From: the human T2T-CHM13v2.0 reference genome, Homo sapiens | Assembly: GCF_009914755.1 (NCBI RefSeq) | Contig: NC_060931.1 | Length of the DNA stretch: 64,000 nt | Strand: one strand, 5' to 3' | Shown: positions 59,204 to 64,000 of the stretch, piece after piece | Numbering within the stretch: the first letter of the stretch is position 1 | How the letters are laid out: each line of letters starts with the position of its first letter | Translations under genes and position numbers: made by a program | Notes under the pieces: model-generated | Told to the model about the DNA's origin: nothing | The model's input: only the letters and a program-made list of their open reading frames with translations | Databases searched by the model: none

Positions 59204-61509
59204 TCGAACTGTTTCTAACTACAAGATGGAAAGGAAACCTTGAACTGTGTCTTGGGGAGAAGGTAGGACTGTGGATGGGGATGAGAAGTATGGAGGCCAT
59301 TTTTTGGAACAGGGAATAAGCCACTTGGGAATAAAGATCTGCTTTGGGAGTATCTCATTAAGTTATCTCAGGGTACACATGAGAAAATAGAGTCACAAGA
59401 GCAGTTAAAGTCACAAAGACAGCAAGAGCACAGGGTTAGAACCCTGTTCTTTAAACTCTCCCATTTCAGGATTCTTGTAAATGACACAAAATATTTAAAT
59501 TTCGAGTTTAGCCAGGATGAAATACAAGCCAGATAAAAAAAGTATTTTTCTGTTCTACCCCCGTTACTACCAAAACCATCAAGTTAATATTAGCCAGCAA
59601 AAAGCTAATGCTGAATAATATCACTTATATAGTTATACTCCCTTAGTAAGAATTAGCTTTGTGTAAGCATAAAAACAGATTTTAAACTCTCACATTACAA
59701 ATAAATCATCAGAAAGTGCCTAGAAGTATAGAAGATGAAAGAATGGTGGAGTTTTAACATTTGATGGAGCCAGGTGATGGTTATATAGAGTTCATCATAT
59801 GATTTTGTTAATTTTTCATTTTGACATTTTCTAGCATAGAAGTTTAATTATTAAAAATAAACTGAGAACAAATCCCATAGTTTGATTTAGTCTTATTTTG
59901 TTCCTCAAGAAATGATTATAACATAGTCAGCTACCCTTCTCTTCATTCTCTGCTTCTTAATTTCCTCTTCACTCCAGAATCCTGTTCTACTGTGTGTGAT
60001 GCCAAGGCACAGACATGCCCTGACAGATCCTGGATGAGCTTGTGCAAAGCAGTGATCAATTTTAGAATGGTTCTAGGTGACACCAAATGGACTTCTGCTT
60101 CTTGGGGTCCAATCACGTGCTTTGGGAAAGGAAAGACCTGCATATTCCCTTCCCTTCTCCAAGTTAGTGGCAAAATAGTAATAAAAAAATGTATGTATGT
60201 GGGACAATCTTTTTTATATACTGAAAAAGAATTTCTACTCTGTGAATTGTCTGTAACTGATGTATTTTTGTAGCCTTACCTATTCCAGATTCCCAGCTTT
60301 CCATCTTTTATGAGAACAATCAAAATGCATTTTCATCTTTCCCATAGCTTTCAGGTTACTCCATCCAACATTTCCATTTTATTTGGTCTTTTTATCCTTC
60401 ATATCCTAACTTTAGGGTTTTCCAGATGTAGATAATTTCACAAATTCTCTTCATTTTGCCTTTGACTGCCCTTTTTCTCTAATTCTGGATCTCTTCATTT
60501 TTTTTTTAAATTTGAATTATGGGCACCTATCTTTGCTTATCAAAAAAAAAAAGCACTGAGTATAATTTAGTTTAACGTATATGACTCACAGATGTGCAAT
60601 CCAGTTTAGATTTCTGTAGTTTAGAACTGAACTAGGAAAGTACTACACCTCACCCTTTTTTATTCAGGGATTCTCTTTTCCCTTAGGGAATACCTCCCAC
60701 TAATAACTCCGTTTAAGTCCTATTTCCTCTTACTGTCTGAATATCATTGAGATGTTCCTTGAAACATCTTTATATGATGTTACTCCAATGATTTAAGTTT
60801 TAAAGACCTTCCCATTACAGCTGACATAAAGTACAACTCCTTCCTCCCTGGAGACCATGTAAGGTGTGGCTCGTCTGCCTCTGTACCCCTACGAGAGGCC
60901 CGCTCCTTCTCCTGGGTCGCTGTCCAGATCTCATTGGTCTCCTCTCACTTTCTCCTGGCATCCTGTCTAGGGTAGATTTCCTTGCACATTCTTCTTCTCA
61001 ACCCTTTGTGGGTTTCCTTACTAATACTAATAACAGTTCACTTTACATATTTTATTCATTTTATGTGCTTCCATTTTTAAAAAATATATTCATTGCATTG
61101 TAAGCTACTGAAGGACAAAAATCTCCTCTTTGTTCCTGTTCTCTCCTCTCCCTAAGATTTAGAATTAAAAAAACCAAGATAAAATGGTTATGAGGATCAT
61201 TTATTTGAGCTACCCAATCTCACAAACATATATTTGATTCATCCTTTGCTCATCTTAGGGAAACAAGAAATCTTTCAAGTTTGGTTAATAGCAGAATCCA
61301 TTAAATTCAACTTCAATTATCTAAGTAGCCAATAATTTCCTCTTACTGGTGCATGCTTTCTCAGCAAAGATGTAAAATCCACAGACGATGAATGATATTG
61401 CCTGCCATGATGATTTCTTACCCTTCAAACATTTTGCATATTCTTTTAGGACTAAAGAGTAATTCTTTCCAGCTCTTCTCATTTTTATTTTTTTCTTTAT
61501 TTTTCAAAA

Positions 61510-61760
61510 TTCATTTTTATTTGTAAGTTTGATGGATACATAATAGGTATATATATTTATGAGATATTTTGATAAAGCATACAATGTGTAATAATGACAT
61601 CAAGGTAAATGTGGTATCTATTGCCTCAAGTATTTATCATTTCCTTGTGTTACAAATATTCCAATTATACTCTTAGTAATTGTTAAATGGACAATAAATT
61701 ATTATTGACTGTAGTCACCTTGTTGTGCTATCACGTACTACATCTTATTCATTCTATCTC
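61510..61760 (-). mobile_element. L1MA 3' end fragment
   Basis: gcatacaatgtgtaataat...cctcaagtatttatcatt...attattgactgtagtcaccttgttgtgctatc. Confidence 0.8.
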
Positions 61761-62362
61761 TAGCTCTTTTTAGTTAGCATATAAAATCCACCTGTGGTCT
61801 TTTACAAATATCAAAACATGGGTACTGAGGTCATATGCAGGATCCATTTTGAAATAAAATGAAAATAGTTATAAGTAGGTTCCATTTGAGAGGCAGAAAT
61901 GGACACCCAAATTGCTTGTCAATTGCAAACAAAATATACTTAAGCATATAAGTTCTGTTTACACCTAGATAAAGCAATAGAGTGATCAACTGATAGATCA
62001 ATATACAGATCAATTGATTGTTAGATAATTTAGGATAAATTATATATTTTTCATGAAATAATATTTTCACTTGTCCAATAAAATAAAACAAATGTATATT
62101 ATCACTTTAGGAAATTAGAAACTCTTTGCTAGGTGGTATAATATAAAATATTATAGTTATACATAATTATATGTATGAGTCTATCATACACATAGGCATG
62201 AAAGTGGCTGTCTTACTTGGCAATATCTGAGATATGATATGATGCCTTGCTCTTTTAAAAAATACCAGGTCCATTATTTATTTATTTTATTAGAATTTTA
62301 TTAGAATCCATCCTTTAACAAAGCAAAAGGGGTTCATAAAAGTGAAAGAAGATTTCTGTTGA

Positions 62363-62704
<342 letters not shown>

Positions 62705-63499
62705 TAATATTAAGATTAATAACAATACAAGCAATAACAAAGCTTACTCTGAGTACTCACTATACACTTACTATGCCAGGTACTATGTACGTAAGTGTCA
62801 TAGGTAAAAATTATGATGCATACTCACAGAAAAAGAAATTAATCTTTGAGGAATAAAGTGACTTGCCCAAGGTCCCACAGCTAGCACAGTATCTGAGCTT
62901 GGATTTAATTCCTAGATGTCTGACTCCAAATAATACAGTCAAACAGTCTATAAAACAAGAAGATTAAATGAAATAAACTCAGAAAAACACAGCTGTGGTT
63001 TTCTAAATGTTAATCAACTATTATACTGGAAAGCAAAAATGGTATGTTGAGAAAAACAACAGGTTTGAGTAGAATGCTATAGTAAAGGCCTCTGGAGAGG
63101 AGTCCTCCGTAATAGAAAAATGGGCAAAGAACAGGAAACTGGTAACTCACATTGAAGAAATACTCATAACCACAAAAAGAAAAAGAGAGAGAGAAAAGTT
63201 TAACTTAACTAATAAAGAAATGCAAATCAAAACAAGATGACATTTTCTGCTTTGAAATTGGAAAAGTTTTTTGAGGAGGTATAATTTTTTTCCCTTATAT
63301 TGGAGAAATAGTTGAGAAACAGGCATTATTATTAATGGTATAATTTAGCAAACTTTTCTGTAAGATAAGTTAGAATTACGAATGAAAAGATTATCTTCTC
63401 TTCTGGAAGTTTATTTTAAGAAAACAGAGTTGGGCAAAACTGTTTATTTGAGGATATCACTACAGCATTACTTTTAATGGCTAACCCTGAGAAACAATC

Positions 63500-63807
63500 T
63501 TTTTTTTTTTTTTTTTTGAGATGAACTCTTGCTCTGTTGCCCAGGCTAGAGTGCAGTGGCATGATCTCGGCTCACTGCAGCCTCGGCCTCCCGGGATCAA
63601 GGGTTCAAGTGATTCTCCTGCCTCAGCCTCCCGAGTAGCTGGGATTACAGGCACACGCCACCACGCCTGGCTAATTTTTGTGTTTTTAGTAGAGACAGGG
63701 TTTCACCATATTGGACAGGCTGGTCTCGAACTCCTGACCTCAAGTGATCCACCAGTGTCAGGCTCCCAAAATGCTGGGATTACAGACATGAGCCATTGTG
63801 CCGGGTC
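63500..63807 (-). mobile_element. AluS (Sz-like) inserted in an old L1ME
   Basis: Reverse Alu with a small internal duplication (gggatcaagggttcaag); TSD agaaacaatct. Flanks resemble L1ME ORF2/3' UTR. Confidence 0.9.
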
Positions 63808-64000
63808 AAGAAACAATCTTGATGTGCAAACACAGTAGGGGGTAGGTCAAATTATTATGGAGAACCCTCAAAGTAGAAAATTACATAGTTATAAAATTAT
63901 GTTTTAGAATTTAGAAAATGATCTTTATTTTTAAAAATATGCATAGGATGCTATACACTAAATTTTCACAGTGCTTATCACTTCACGGACAGATTTTGGC

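Overview
Human genomic DNA (a consensus-perfect AluYa5 is present), AT-rich and mostly intronic/intergenic. I see no convincing protein-coding exon; the long ORFs in the supplied track are Alu/L1/LTR/simple-repeat artefacts or chance ORFs. The best-supported unique structure is the 5' end of a minus-strand gene I cannot name. It has a GA-rich promoter/first exon (~43.3 kb to donor at 42811) and candidate downstream exons at 27636-27527 and 7331-7184 that look like a multi-exon 5' leader. If spliced as predicted, they carry a strong-Kozak 69-codon upstream ORF. The rest is interspersed repeats: 16 Alus, L1PA/L1M, L2, MIR, MaLR/ERV LTRs, hAT DNA transposons and a Y3 RNA retrocopy. Oddities: a near-perfect 82-nt hairpin (13887-13968), two short dispersed duplications upstream of the promoter, a young AluYa5 forming an inverted pair across a candidate exon, and two CpG-enriched patches with plus-strand splice signals. 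No novel multi-gene system is supportable. Repeat subfamily names come from recalled consensus sequences and need RepeatMasker confirmation.
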